Below are positions 48,338-60,304 of a stretch of DNA of 64,000 nucleotides, piece by piece. A model generated the notes under the pieces. The model did not search any database, was not told the origin of the DNA, and saw nothing but the letters and a program-made list of their open reading frames with translations. Position numbers and translations under genes: made by a program. This stretch comes from Candidatus Scatomonas sp. (lineage in GTDB: Bacteria > Bacillota > Clostridia > Lachnospirales > Lachnospiraceae), in the NCBI GenBank assembly GCA_963928055.1, contig CAWVDN010000001.1, positions 586,441 through 650,440 on the forward strand. The letters are read 5' to 3'. Numbering within the stretch: position 1 is the first letter of the stretch; every line of letters starts with the position of its first letter.

Positions 48338-49306
48338 TTATTGTCTTTCTGCTTTCGCCCCCGTCCCGCGGTCGGAGCGCGTCATCCTTCTGATGCACCG
48401 GCCAGCGCCCTCCAGGACAGCACGGGACAGGCAGATCTCTTCCCCGCCCTCCCCCAGAAGCGTCCGGTACACATCCGCCAGCGTGGTGAGCCGCATATCT
48501 CCGCAGACCAGTTTGGGGGACAGCGGATAAAACTTTTTGCGGGGCCAGGCGAACTGCAGATGTTCTACAATGCTGTTTTCCGTGCCGATCAGGAATTCCC
48601 GGGCGGAAGATTTCCCGGCGAAATCCATAATCCCCGTGGTGGATCCTACGTAATCCGCTTCCGCAGCCACCTCCGGAGAGCATTCCGGATGAACCAGCAG
48701 CAGAGCCTCCGGATGGGCCTCTCTGGCTTTCTTTACATCCGCGGAGGTGACTTCCTGATGCCGGGGACAGCCTCCCGGCCAGAAGGCAAAGGTTTTCTCC
48801 GGCAAATGCTCCGCTACATACTGACCCAGATTGGGATCCGGGATAAAGAGGATCCTGTCGTTTTCCAGGGTTTTACAGATCGAAAGGGCGCTGGAACTGG
48901 TCACACAGAGATCGCACTCCGCTTTCAGCTCCGCGGTAGTATTCACGTACGCCGCTACCGTATAGCCGGGATACTGTTTTTTCAGTCCACGCAGGATCTC
49001 CGGAGTCATCTGCTCCGCCATGGGACAGCCGGCCAGGGGATTGGCCAGCCACACCCGCTTTTCCGGATTGAGGATCTTGCAGGTTTCCGCCATAAAGCGC
49101 ACCCCGCAGAGGAGCAGGTTTTTCTGGGGTGCCTTGGCCGCCTGCAGGCTCAGGCCGTAGGAGTCTCCTGTAAAATCCGCTGTTTCCAGGATTTCCTGAC
49201 TCTGATATGCGTGGGCAAGAATACACACATCCTTTTCTTTTTTCAAGCGCAGGATTTCTTCCTGCATCTCATGTACTTTCATGATCCGTTCCTCTTTTTC
49301 TGTCAC
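48338..49306 (-). CDS. nadA: Quinolinate synthase
   Basis: LAHAYQ, CGVRFMAET, AGCPMA, YVNT, HPEC. Confidence 0.95.
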   Translation of the reverse strand: MTEKEERIMKVHEMQEEILRLKKEKDVCILAHAYQSQEILETADFTGDSYGLSLQAAKAPQKNLLLCGVRFMAETCKILNPEKRVWLANPLAGCPMAEQMTPEILRGLKKQYPGYTVAAYVNTTAELKAECDLCVTSSSALSICKTLENDRILFIPDPNLGQYVAEHLPEKTFAFWPGGCPRHQEVTSADVKKAREAHPEALLLVHPECSPEVAAEADYVGSTTGIMDFAGKSSAREFLIGTENSIVEHLQFAWPRKKFYPLSPKLVCGDMRLTTLADVYRTLLGEGGEEICLSRAVLEGAGRCIRRMTRSDRGTGAKAERQ

Positions 49307-49836
49307 GATTCGTTTTCCCAGGGCTGCAGGGGCGCCAGGAACCCTGCCTGTTTCAGCGCCTGCTCAATCTGCCGCAGCCGCTCCTCAGAATCCGCCTCCA
49401 CCAGATGATAATGGTAGCCGTCCGTGGCCGCGGAAAGCTCCCTGGAGGAGGCTCCCTCCAGGCTTTTCAGAAAATCCCTGACGTCCTGACGGCAGCGGAT
49501 ATCCAGATCCGCCGTCATCCTCCCGTAAACCCGATGGCTGATACTGATATTCCTGACCCATCCTCCCAGATCCACAATCAGCTTCAGTTCCTCTTCCGTC
49601 CGGTCCGAAGCATGGCGCACCTTGAATTCCCGTGTACATCCGCTTTCCGGATGCTGCATTACATAGCCCCGGTACGTGGAAATAATGTGGGGATGGGAGG
49701 CCCGGATCACAGCCAGATCCTGAACGATCACCTGACGGCTGACCCCGAAGCGGGCGGCCAGGTCCCGGGCGGCTGCCGGCGCCTCACTCTCGGATAAAAT
49801 CCGCAGGATCTCCCTGCGGCGATCGGCGGCGGTCAT
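49303..49836 (-). CDS. niaR: Niacin-responsive repressor (HTH_11 + 3H domain)
   Basis: VSRQVIVQD, HRVYG, YHYH. Confidence 0.9.
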   Translation of the reverse strand: MTAADRRREILRILSESEAPAAARDLAARFGVSRQVIVQDLAVIRASHPHIISTYRGYVMQHPESGCTREFKVRHASDRTEEELKLIVDLGGWVRNISISHRVYGRMTADLDIRCRQDVRDFLKSLEGASSRELSAATDGYHYHLVEADSEERLRQIEQALKQAGFLAPLQPWENES

Positions 49837-50702
49837 GCTCCCACCTCCTTTTCCAGAGGGCGCAGATGCTTCATGGACAGATCCAGGATGGGAGCCGAAT
49901 GCGTCAGCGCCCCGCTGGATATGTAATCCACGCCGATATCCGCCAGACGGGAGATATTCTCCCTGGTCACATTGCCGGAGCATTCTGTCCGGGCTCTGCC
50001 GGCGATAAGCTTTACTGCGGCCCGCATATCTTCCGGACACATGTTGTCCAGCATGATAATGTCCGCCCCGGCCTCCACGGCCTCCCGAACCTGATCCAGA
50101 GTTTCCACCTCGACTTCGATCTTCCGCACAAAGGGTGCGTACGTCTTCGCCATTTTTACCGCCCGGGCCACGCCTCCCGCTGCTCCGATATGGTTGTCCT
50201 TCAGCAGTACTCCGTCGGAAAGTCCGGTCCGGTGATTCGCTCCTCCGCCCACTCTGACCGCGTATTTTTCAAAAACCCGGTTGTTGGGGCTGGTCTTCCG
50301 GGTATCCAGCAGAGTGATTCCCGTACCCTCCAGCAGATCCGCCATCCGGCGGGTGTAAGTGGCGATCCCGCTCATTCGCTGCAGATAGTTGAGAGCCACC
50401 CTTTCCCCGGAGAGCAGCACCCGGATATCTCCCTGCAGCACTGCCAGCTTCTGGCCCTTCTCTACCCTGTCTCCGTCTCTGCAAAAAAATCGGATCTCGG
50501 TGGCTTCATCCAGAAGGGTAAAAACTCTGGCAAATACATCCAGTCCGGCAAGGATCCCCTCTTCCTTGGCAATCAGATCCACCGTTCCCGGACAGGCCTC
50601 CGGCATGACTGCGTTGGTGGATACGTCTTCCCCTGGCATATCCTCCCGCAGAGCCTGGAGGATCAGGTCGTCCGCGTTTAATTTTCGGCTGATTTCATTC
50701 AT
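49833..50702 (-). CDS. nadC: Quinolinate phosphoribosyltransferase
   Basis: LDTRKT, NHRTGLSD, KDNH, EVEV, MLDN. Confidence 0.96.
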   Translation of the reverse strand: MNEISRKLNADDLILQALREDMPGEDVSTNAVMPEACPGTVDLIAKEEGILAGLDVFARVFTLLDEATEIRFFCRDGDRVEKGQKLAVLQGDIRVLLSGERVALNYLQRMSGIATYTRRMADLLEGTGITLLDTRKTSPNNRVFEKYAVRVGGGANHRTGLSDGVLLKDNHIGAAGGVARAVKMAKTYAPFVRKIEVEVETLDQVREAVEAGADIIMLDNMCPEDMRAAVKLIAGRARTECSGNVTRENISRLADIGVDYISSGALTHSAPILDLSMKHLRPLEKEVGA

Positions 50703-51561
50703 GGCTTTTTCTCATCCTTTCCATAGCGCTTAATATTTCTTTCCGGTAATCGGCAAATAAGGGCTCCTGCTCCCGGTAAGGCCCCAGATCCGGGGCGCTT
50801 CCCCGGAATTCCGGCGCTTCTCCAAACAGTATATCATCTGCCGCCCGCTGGGCAAATACCAGAGATTCCAGCAGGGAATTGCTGGCCAGGCGGTTCCGTC
50901 CATGTACTCCGCTGCAGCTGATCTCTCCGCAGGCATAAAGCCGCGGCATGGCCGTGCGGCTGCTGAGATCCACCTTGATGCCGCCCATAAAATAGTGCTG
51001 GGCCGGCACCACCGGAATCGGTTCCTTCAGCACCTGGTAGCCTTCTTCCTGACAATGACGGCAGATATTGGGGAAATGCTTCCGCAGGGTCGACTCACCG
51101 AGAGGCCGCAGATCTTCCCAGACATGTTCCGTTCCATCCTTTTCCATCCGCTCCCGGATCGCCTGACTCAGCAGATCCCTGGGCTGAAGCTCATCGGTAA
51201 AACGGTTCCCGTTTTTATCGTACAGAAGAGCCCCCTCCCCTCTGGCCGATTCAGAGATCAGAAACCGCCGTCCCGGCTTTTGAGAATAAAGGGTAGTGGG
51301 ATGGATCTGCACATAGTCCAGATGTTCCACCGCCTTCCTGTCATTTTCGTAATGCCCTGCCCGCAGGGTATCCTCCATATAGGAAGAAAAATCCTCCTCT
51401 CCCCGCAGCATGCAGATTCCTCCCTGAGCCAGAAAAGAATCGCTCTCATCCGCCTTTTTCTTGGTCAGCAGCAGCACCGTCATCCGCTCCGGAAGGTTCA
51501 GCGCGCAGTAAAGTCCCGCCGCTCCGGTGCCCACAATGACCACATCAAAAAACTCGTCCAT
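50695..51561 (-). pseudogene. nadB: L-aspartate oxidase with a large in-frame internal deletion
   Basis: GTGAAG, AQGGI, QIHPT, HYFMGG and RLASNSLLE are present, but NDRKAVE is joined directly to HLDYVQIHPT; only 288 aa. Confidence 0.8.
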
Positions 51562-51604
51562 GGCTTCTGTCTCTCCGTTTTCTTTTGAATTTAAGACTTT
51601 CGCC

Positions 51605-51639
51605 ATTGTAGCACCGATCTTGTCAGGTGTCAAGACACC
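51605..51639 (-). promoter_or_regulatory. nad operon promoter (TTGACA-17-TACAAT) overlapped by a NiaR-type palindrome GGTGTCTTGACACC
   Basis: Palindrome at 51626-51639 covers the -35 box. Confidence 0.8.
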
Positions 51640-51784
51640 CGAAAGATTCCGCAGCAGCCATCTGAAAGGTTATCCAGCGGTTTTCCGGGATCCTGGGGGA
51701 TTGTTTTGATCCGGAGCTTTATTGCCATAGATTATTTGAAGCCCTCTATTCCGTCGGGGAATGAATGGATCGCTTTTCTTGACA

Positions 51785-51842
51785 GAAAAAGCCTTCTGCC
51801 CCAGGAATTCTTTAGGAGTTCCTGTGAGCGGAAGGCTTTTTT
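51785..51842. terminator. Terminator after the ABC permease gene
   Basis: AAAAAGCCTTC...GAAGGCTTTTTT. Confidence 0.75.
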
Positions 51843-51851
51843 CATACGCTC

Positions 51852-53444
51852 TTATAAAGAAACGAAGATTTCCGCGCCTCTGGTTTTGATCCACCGGAGA
51901 AGCAGAAGGGACAGAATCAGCAACAGCGCGGCCACCAGCAGCGCGTATCCCGCAGGGCTGAAAATCCCCGCCAGGCGGAAGTAAAGAACGCACAGAACGG
52001 CTGTGATCCCCCAGCTTCCAAAAATGGATACCATCATGCTCATGCTCTGCTTGATGGGGACCGTTTCATTTTTCCAGGTAAGGTTGGGCGCTTTCAGATT
52101 GAGAAATACGCCGAAGGCCGCGGAGAACAGGATATAAAGCACAGAAACCGCCGGAAACAGCAGGGCCATAGCAGCGGAGGGCTGAACCAGAAGTTCCACG
52201 ACCAGGAGAAACACGGCGGCCGGAACCAGGGTAAGCAGCACATGCAGGCGCACCTTGGCCATAAGCGCCCGGGCCGGCGAAACCGGGAGGGACTGGACGA
52301 TCCAGATATTTTTCCCTTCCAGGGAAACCGAGGGAGAAGAAATATCCACCATGGAGCACAGGACAAACACAGCGGCAGCCCCCGCAAGGCAGAGAGCGTC
52401 TTTATCCGTTCCCACCAGTTCATAAGCTACAAGGAAGACGTCCTCCCGGAACCACAGCAGAGCGATGGCAGCGGCGATAAAGAACACCAGGCCCAGGCCG
52501 CAGTTGAGCATATAGACCGCGCTCCCGGTAAACCGCCTCAGCTCTTTGATCAGAAGAGCGGTATCCGCGGAACGCATTCTGGCTCTGCGCTCTTTATATT
52601 TTGTTTTCGCCGCGCCCTTGTTGGCGGTTGCAAGTTTGATAAAGCTCCGGGAGACTCCCGCGTATACCAGGGCAAACAGCACGCAGACGAAGACCGCGAA
52701 AATGACCGTGGCGGTGATATTGCCTTCCGCGGCAAGCCCCATCTGATAGAAGGGGTAAAGGGCGTTCTTCACGATAGCTCCGGCGCCCTCAGGGCTGCTT
52801 GTGATGGCCTGCAGGTAATCGAAGGCTTTGGAGTAAAATAAGAAATAGGCCACAAGGAACACAAGGGACAGAAGCACCGTCGTTATGTTTTTGCGCCGCA
52901 TCTTTCCGGAGATCAGAGCGACTACCCAGCCAAGCACCGCCGACAGGACCAGCACAAAAAGCGAGATCATGGCGGAGGTGATCAGGGTACAGAAGAAAAC
53001 AGCCGGACCAAACTCCACGTTCATAAACCAGACGATCAGCGTGGGCACAAGGACGATCAGCTCATACAGCAGGCCCATGATAAACACTCCAAAAAGCCTG
53101 ACAAAAATGATCCTGCGCGACGGAATCGGCATGGAAAGCAGCAGATCGTTGTCCTTCGCCAGATACAGGGACGCATAGGTGTTAAAGACACTGCCCACCA
53201 CCCCCATACAGATGGTGATCAGACCCATGATGGCGAAATACAGCCAGCCGAAGCCCATGGTGATCAGCGGCGCCATGGTATACGCCGTCATAAAAAAGAC
53301 GACCCCCACCACGACAAAAAGGCATAAGTAAAGCACGCTGTATCCGATGATCCCGGATTTCGACCGGTTCGTCCCCTTTTTGCTGTCCCGGTACAGCCAG
53401 GAAAAAACCTCCAGCATCTGTTTTTTCAGCAAAACTCTGGTCAT
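51852..53444 (-). CDS. ABC-2 type exporter permease
   Basis: 530 aa, multi-TM; DNDLLLSMPI and SLEGK motifs; coupled to the ATPase gene. Confidence 0.85.
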   Translation of the reverse strand: MTRVLLKKQMLEVFSWLYRDSKKGTNRSKSGIIGYSVLYLCLFVVVGVVFFMTAYTMAPLITMGFGWLYFAIMGLITICMGVVGSVFNTYASLYLAKDNDLLLSMPIPSRRIIFVRLFGVFIMGLLYELIVLVPTLIVWFMNVEFGPAVFFCTLITSAMISLFVLVLSAVLGWVVALISGKMRRKNITTVLLSLVFLVAYFLFYSKAFDYLQAITSSPEGAGAIVKNALYPFYQMGLAAEGNITATVIFAVFVCVLFALVYAGVSRSFIKLATANKGAAKTKYKERRARMRSADTALLIKELRRFTGSAVYMLNCGLGLVFFIAAAIALLWFREDVFLVAYELVGTDKDALCLAGAAAVFVLCSMVDISSPSVSLEGKNIWIVQSLPVSPARALMAKVRLHVLLTLVPAAVFLLVVELLVQPSAAMALLFPAVSVLYILFSAAFGVFLNLKAPNLTWKNETVPIKQSMSMMVSIFGSWGITAVLCVLYFRLAGIFSPAGYALLVAALLLILSLLLLRWIKTRGAEIFVSL

Positions 53445-54156
53445 TTTTCCGCCTCCAGTTCCAGAAATACTTCTTCCAGCGAAGAGTCTCCCTTTACTTC
53501 CTCCATGGAGCCGGAACGGATCAGGACTCCGTTTTTGATAATGGCGATCTTATCGCAGAGCTTCTCGGCGACCTCCAGAACATGGGTGGAGAAAAAGATC
53601 GCCCCGCCCCGGTCGCACACCTCTCTCATCATCTGCTTCAGCGTGTGGGAGGCTTTCGGGTCAAGGCCTACAAAGGGCTCGTCCATAATGATCAGTTTGG
53701 GCTCGTGGATCCAGGCGGCAATGATGGCCAGTTTCTGTTTCATTCCGTGGGAATACGCGGAAACCGGCTGCGCCAGATCCTGGGTAAGTTCAAAGATATC
53801 CGCGTATCTGCGGATGCGCTCCTGGCGGACATCGGCGCTTACGCCGTAAATATCCGCGACAAAATTCAGGAACTGTATGCCGGTCATGAATTCGTAAAGG
53901 TCCGGGTTGTCCGGAATATACGCCAGGCACTTTTTGGCGGTCAGGGGATCGCTTTTCACAGAAACGCCGTTGATATAGATCTCCCCCTGATCGGCCTGAA
54001 GGATCCCGCCAGCAGGCTTTGATCGTGGTGTTGTTTTTCCTGCGCCGTTGTGCCCGATAAAACCGTAAATCTGGCCCGGAAGGATATGCAGGGACAGGTT
54101 GTCCACAGCACTTTTTCGCTACCGTAGGTTTTTGTGAGATTCTCAATTTTAAGCAT
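53441..54156 (-). CDS. ABC transporter ATPase with apparent frameshifts near 54110 and 54020
   Basis: MLKIENLTK start in a different frame from GHNGAGKT, YSHGMKQK and IMDEP. Confidence 0.85.
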
Positions 54157-54433
54157 GTCTTTTCCTCTCTTGTTCATAAGAATACAGGGATGGCCGAAGC
54201 AAACAGAAGTGTTCAGGATACTTTCACCTTTCAGGGAATCTTGTTTGCTTTAACGTATATATATAACCGATCTTTCAGAAAAGTCAAGAACAATCTCTGC
54301 CATTTGTTCATTCTTCCAAAATGGGAACCCGATGTCTTGCGCAAAAAATACCAGTGCTGATCCGGATAGAAACATCGCGTCAACACTGGTATCTGATTCT
54401 TTTTCCTCTGCCTAGGGCATCAGGAAATACTTC

Positions 54434-55287
54434 TCACAGGTCTTTTTCTCTTATATGTACATCCAGCTGGTTATAGGGGATCTCGATCCCCTCCTGATCA
54501 AACCTCTCCTTGATCTTCTCATTCATGTCCCACCGGGTGTTCCAGTACTCCTCCGTCTTCACCCAGGCCCGGAAGCCCATGACCACCGCGCTGTCTCCCA
54601 GGGAATCCACAAACACCTGCCGCTCCTCTGCCTCCACCCGGGGATCCGCGTCCAGCAGCTCCGTCAGGATCCGTTTGGCCTCTTGCAGATCTGTCCGGTA
54701 GGAAACCCCCACTTTGATCTCCAGCTTCCGCTTGTCCATGGAGGTCACGTTGGATAATGGTATTGTCCGTCAGCAGGGAGTTGGGGATCTTTACCACCTG
54801 GTTGTCCACTGTGGTGATGGTGGTATAGTACATTATCGATCTGCGATCCTGCGACCGTCCCCTCCACATTTCTCTCCGGGACCAGAATGTAATCCCCGGC
54901 TTTAAAAGGCTTCAGAAACAGGATCAGGATCCCGCCGGCAAAATTGGAAAGGCCGCCCCTTCAGAGCAGGGAAGGCACGGCTCGCCTGCTGCGGCGATGG
55001 CCGCCGCGATAGAGGGCCTCCGAAACAATGCCCAGCTGCATCGATCATGGTGACCCACGTCAGGATCAGGATCAGCTAGTAAAGCAGCGAGATCACAAAG
55101 CTGTGAAGAGAGCCTTCTCCACCCGGAGGCCGTTCCATCCGCGTCACGGAGCCAGCGGCAGAACTTCCTGGAAACCTTACGGATCAGGATAAAAACAACG
55201 ATGCAGATCGCTAATTTGACCAGAAAATTAAAGGCCGCTCCGCCTGTGGTTCGGAAGCCATTTTTCCACATCCGCCCAGGTGATCAT
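54434..55287 (-). CDS. MscS-family mechanosensitive channel, multiply frameshifted
   Basis: Fragments: GLSNFAGGILIL..KPFKAGD, TTITTVDNQVVKIPN, GIEIPYNQLDVH in different frames. Confidence 0.75.
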
Positions 55288-55293
55288 TCGCGG

Positions 55294-57617
55294 TTTACTT
55301 CTCCTCTTTTCCTCAATCTTCTCCTGCAGTTCCTTTTTCAGATCCCGTTTCTTTGCCGCCTGGCGCTTTTTGCCTTTGGCGGTCTTGTTGTCAGAGATTT
55401 TTTCCACCACTTTTGTATACTGGAAAACGGAAATCCCCAGAGGCGGGATCTTTACTTTGATGGACTGCTTTCTCTCATCGCACTCTTCCTCCCGGCTCAT
55501 TTTCACTCTGGGATTTACGTTCCCCTCCGCCCCCGAAGGCCGCGGCGTCACTGTTGAAGATCTCTTTATATTTTCCCCGGAAGGGAACGCCGATCTGGTA
55601 ATCCGCGTAGACCACGTTGGAGAAATTGCAGACGATCAGCAGCGTATCCTCCTTCCCTTTCTGTTTTTCTCAGGAAGATCAGAAGATTCTTTTCCCATTC
55701 CAGGCAGTTGATCCATTCAAATCCACCTCGGCCCTGAAGTCTTCCCGGTAAAGAGCCGGACAGGCCCGATACAGCTGCAGCAGAGCTCTTCATGTATTCC
55801 TTCATCTGTACATGCTGAGGATGCCTCCAGCGCTTTCCAGTCCAGCTCCTGCTTTTCATTCCACTCCATATCCTGGGCAAAATCCTGTCCCATAAAGACC
55901 AGCTTCTTGCCGGGATGGGCGGTCAGATACCCGAAGGCCAGCCGCAGATTGGCCAGCTTCTGCTCATATTCTCCCGGCATCTTGGATACCAGCGTCCCTT
56001 TGCCGTGGACCACCTCGTCATGGGAGAAGCTCAGCAGGAACCGCTCGCTGTAGTTGTAGATCATGCTGAAGGTCAGCTCGTCGTGATGAGCTCCCCGGTA
56101 CACGGGATCATAGCGCATATAGCCCAGGAAATCATTCATCCAGCCCCATATTCCCACTTATAATCAAAGCCCAGGCCTTCCTCCTCCAGATCGCCTGTGA
56201 TCTTCGGCCAGGCGGTGGACTCCTCGGCGATGAGAAGCGCGGAGGGGAATTTCTTTTTAAAGATGGAGTTCAGATGTTTCAGGAACTCGATGGCCTCCAG
56301 GTTCTCGTCGTTGCCGCCGTAGATATTGGCCACCCACTCGCCGTCCTGCTTGCCGTAAGTCCAGGTACAGCATGGAGGCCACGGCGTCCCATACGGATGC
56401 CGTCGGCATGATATTTATCCGCCCCAGAACAGGGCGTTGGCGATCAGGAAGTTCCGCACTTCCGGCCTGCCGTAGTTGTAGATCAGAGTGCCCCAGTGGG
56501 GATGGGATCCCTTCCGGGGATCCAGATGCTCATAGAGGCAGGTGCCGTCGAAGGCCGCCAGCCCGAAGGTATCCCTGGGAAAATGGGCCGGCACCCAGTC
56601 CAGGATCACCCCGATCCCTTCCCGGTGCATGTAGTCCATAAAAAACATAAAGTCTTCCGGAGATCCGCAGCGGCTGGTGGGGGCGTAATAGCCCGTCACC
56701 TGATAGCCCCAGGATTCGTCCAGAGGATGCTCCATGACCGGCATCAGTTCCACATGGGTGTAACCCATTTCCTTGACGTATTCCGCCAGCATGGGAGCGA
56801 TCTCCCGGTAATTGTAAAACTCCCGGTCTTCCTCCTGGGGCTTTTTCCAGGAGCCCAGATGGACTTCGTAGATAAACATGGGAGCCTGGTACCCCTGTTT
56901 CTGCTCCCGCTGCTGCATCCACTCCTGGTCCTGCCAGGGATAATCCCGCAGGTCTTCCACAATGGACGCGGTATCCGGCCGCAGTTCCGCCCCGTTGGCA
57001 TAGGGGTCCGCCTTCAGATAGGTCAGTTCTCCCTTAGCTTTGATCTCGTATTTGTAGAGCGCCCCCGGCTTCAATTCCGGGACGAAAAGTTCAAAGATCC
57101 CGGAATCCAGGCAGTGCATCTGGCAGGTCCTGCCGTCCCAATGGTTAAAATCCCCTACTACGGAGACCCGCATGGCGTTGGGGGCCCAGACGGCAAAGTA
57201 CACCCCCTCCACCCCGTCAATGGTCATGGGATGGGCGCCCAGCTTTTCGTAGATGTCATAGCAGATCCCGGCGGTAAAGCGGGTTTCTTCCTTTTCCGTG
57301 ATCTGGCAGGGAAAAGCGTAGGGGTCGTAGATCTCCCGGCCCTTCTTTTTGTCTCCCAGGACGAATTTGTATCTGGGGATAGTCTTTCCCGGAAGCAGTA
57401 TGGCGAAAAAGCCGCTGTCCTCCTCGGTCATGGCATAGCAGCGCCTGTCGGACAGAGTCTTCAGATATACCTTTTCCTCCTCCGGAAAATAGCACTGCAC
57501 CAGGATTCCCTCCGGCACCACCCGGGGGCCCAGGATATTCCTTGGATATTTTTCCTCCGAATACTGCACGGCCTCGATCTCCGCCCAGTCCATCAGATCA
57601 TACAGCTTGTCCTCCAT
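55294..57617 (-). CDS. glgB: 1,4-alpha-glucan branching enzyme, multiply frameshifted in its 3' half
   Basis: [29 protein letters not shown]; later [10 protein letters not shown] and GKKLVFMG in other frames; end coordinate approximate. Confidence 0.88.
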
Positions 57618-57637
57618 ACTACAATCCTCCCTCTTCT

Positions 57638-59524
57638 TTATGACGGATCCGCTTCCGCGTCGGCGTCTTCCACCTTCGTGGCGGTCAGCTCCTCCGGTTT
57701 CCGGTTCAGGATCTCCATGAATTCCTCCCCGGTGATCGTCTCTTTTTCATACAGATATTTCGCCAGCTCATGCAGCTTGGGCATATTGGTCTTTATGATC
57801 TCCACCGCCCGCTCGTAGGCCTTCTTTACCAGGGCCACCACCATGGCGTCGATCCTGGCGGAGGTGGATTCCGAGCACATCAGCGCCACATCCCCGCCCA
57901 GATACTGGTTGGTCACGGTCTCGAAGGCTACCATGCCGAAATCCTCGCTCATGCCGAAACGGCTGATCATGGCCCGGGCCAGCTTGGTGGCCTGCTCGAT
58001 ATCGTTGGCCGCTCCGGTGGTAATGGAATGGAACACCAGATCCTCCGCCACGCGGCCGCCGGTAAAGGTGGCAATGCGGTTGTCCAGTTCCTCCCGGCTC
58101 ATCAGGTTGTGATCGTCCTCGTCCACCTGCATGGTGTAGCCCAGAGCCCCGGAGGTCCTGGGGATGATGGTGATCTTGGTCACCGGCGCGGAATGGGTCT
58201 GCATGGCAGCCACCAGGGCATGTCCTGTCTCATGGTAGGCTACGATCAGTTTTTCTTTATCTGTCAGGATCTTGTTCTTCTTCTGATATCCGGCGATGAC
58301 AACCTCCACGCTCTCCTCCAGATCGGCCTGGCATACAAATTTCCGGCCGTCCCGGACTGCCCGCAGGGCCGCCTCGTTGATCATGTTGGCCAGCTCCGCG
58401 CCGCTGGCTCCGGAAGCCAGACGGGCCACCGCCCCGAAATCCACATTGTCGCTGATCTTGATCTTTTTGGCGTGGAGCCGCAGGATCTCCTCCCGGCCTT
58501 TCATGTCCGGCAGTTCCACCGGCACCCGGCGGTCAAACCGGCCGGGCCGCAGCAGGGCAGGATCCAGGGAATCCGGCCGGTTGGTGGCCGCCAGAATGAT
58601 GACGCCCTTGCGGCCGTCAAAACCGTCCATTTCCGAGAGCAGCTGGTTCAGGGTCTGCTCCCGCTCGTCATTTCCGGAGAGGCCGCCGCCGTCACGCTTT
58701 TTGCCCACCGTATCGATCTCATCGATAAACACGATACAGGGAGCCTTTTCATTGGCCTGCTTGAACAGGTCCCGGACCTTGGCCGCGCCCATACCGACAA
58801 ACATTTCCACGAACTCAGAACCGGAAATGGAAAAGAAAGGCACGTTGGCCTCCCCCGCCACCGCCTTGGCCAGCAGGGTCTTACCGGTTCCGGGCGGTCC
58901 CACCAGCAGAGCGCCCTTGGGCATCCTGGCTCCGATCTCCGTATATTTCGCGGGATTGTGCAGGAAATCCACGATCTCCGTCAGGATCTCCTTGGCCTCA
59001 TCCTCCCCGGCCACATCGGAGAATTTGATGCCCGTCTCCGACTGGACATATACCTTGGCGTTGCTCTTTCCGAAACTCATGGCGTTGCCCATGCCGCCGC
59101 CCATGCGCTTCATCATAGAACGCATCAGCAGCTGGCCTACCAGGATAATGAGAAAAATAGGCAGCACCATGGAGATCAGAAAGCTGATAATGGGATTCAT
59201 TTCCTCCACGATGGGGGAAGAAAAGTCCTCCAGTCCCGCCTCCAGAAGACGGTCCGTCAGCTTATAGTCATCCATCAGACCCGTTTCGTAGTATTTTTCC
59301 GGTTCCGAGGTGTCCCCGAAGGTGATGACGCCGTTCTGCCAGTCCACCTCCACTTCCCGGATCTCATCGTCATTGAGCATCTGGATAAAGGTGCCGTATC
59401 CCACTTCCTGCACATGAGGCTTGGTAAGCTGAGGCACCAGGATCATATTTAAAAGCAGCAGCACGACCAGGGCGATACCGTAGTAAAACATGATCGGCCG
59501 CTTGGGGGTCTTTACCTCCTTCAT
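57638..59524 (-). CDS. ftsH: ATP-dependent zinc metalloprotease
   Basis: Two TM segments, [22 protein letters not shown]. Confidence 0.96.
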   Translation of the reverse strand: MKEVKTPKRPIMFYYGIALVVLLLLNMILVPQLTKPHVQEVGYGTFIQMLNDDEIREVEVDWQNGVITFGDTSEPEKYYETGLMDDYKLTDRLLEAGLEDFSSPIVEEMNPIISFLISMVLPIFLIILVGQLLMRSMMKRMGGGMGNAMSFGKSNAKVYVQSETGIKFSDVAGEDEAKEILTEIVDFLHNPAKYTEIGARMPKGALLVGPPGTGKTLLAKAVAGEANVPFFSISGSEFVEMFVGMGAAKVRDLFKQANEKAPCIVFIDEIDTVGKKRDGGGLSGNDEREQTLNQLLSEMDGFDGRKGVIILAATNRPDSLDPALLRPGRFDRRVPVELPDMKGREEILRLHAKKIKISDNVDFGAVARLASGASGAELANMINEAALRAVRDGRKFVCQADLEESVEVVIAGYQKKNKILTDKEKLIVAYHETGHALVAAMQTHSAPVTKITIIPRTSGALGYTMQVDEDDHNLMSREELDNRIATFTGGRVAEDLVFHSITTGAANDIEQATKLARAMISRFGMSEDFGMVAFETVTNQYLGGDVALMCSESTSARIDAMVVALVKKAYERAVEIIKTNMPKLHELAKYLYEKETITGEEFMEILNRKPEELTATKVEDADAEADPS

Positions 59525-59655
59525 GTTTATGCCTCCTGTCTTTTCTGATATGAATTAAGTATCCGCTAACCCCTGGGCAAAGTCAAGTAAATAACCGAAA
59601 TTTCACCAAATCTTCATGTTTTTCAGACTTTGTTAAGAGGCCGTCCGCGGATGGC

Positions 59656-60159
59656 TCAGAATTTCCGCAGCTCGTCCGTGGCCTCCTCCCCGGTATTTTC
59701 GATGGAACGGATCACCACGTCGTAGCCGGCATGCTCGTTAAGCTTCACATGGACCCGGTCCCCGGCCTTGTGCCCCATAAGAGCCGCTCCCAGGGGAGAA
59801 TCCGCGGTGATCAGTCCTTTCAGGGAATTTCCCCGGACCGCGGTGACGATCTTGTACTCCTCCGTCTCGTCGTCCTCCTCAAAATATACGGTTACCCTTT
59901 TATTCAGGCCTACCTCGTCCTCTTTGGAGCGGTCCGTCACCAGGACCGCCGTTTTGATCATGTTTTCCAGGTACCGGATGCGGCTCTCATTCTGATTCTT
60001 CTCCCGTTTTGCCGCGTAATATTCAAAATTTTCGCTGAGATCCCCCTGCGCTCTGGCTTCTTTTACCGCCTCGATGGCCTGCTTGCGCACCACCAGCTTC
60101 CGGTACTCGATCTCTTCCTTCATTTTGTCAATATCGCTCTGGGTCAGTCTGTCATGCAT
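59656..60159 (-). CDS. greA: GreA/GreB family elongation factor
   Basis: GDLSENFEY, SPLGAAL. Confidence 0.9.
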   Translation of the reverse strand: MHDRLTQSDIDKMKEEIEYRKLVVRKQAIEAVKEARAQGDLSENFEYYAAKREKNQNESRIRYLENMIKTAVLVTDRSKEDEVGLNKRVTVYFEEDDETEEYKIVTAVRGNSLKGLITADSPLGAALMGHKAGDRVHVKLNEHAGYDVVIRSIENTGEEATDELRKF

Positions 60160-60304
60160 CTCTGTAGTCCTCTTTTCTTTTTTGCTTTCTTTATTTTACA
60201 AAATTTTATTCCCGACTGCAATGGGTTCCTGGGATCTGCGCCCTTGTCAAGCCCGGAAAATAAGGCTATAATAGCATCGAAAATCAGTAAAGGAGCGAAA
60301 CAAT

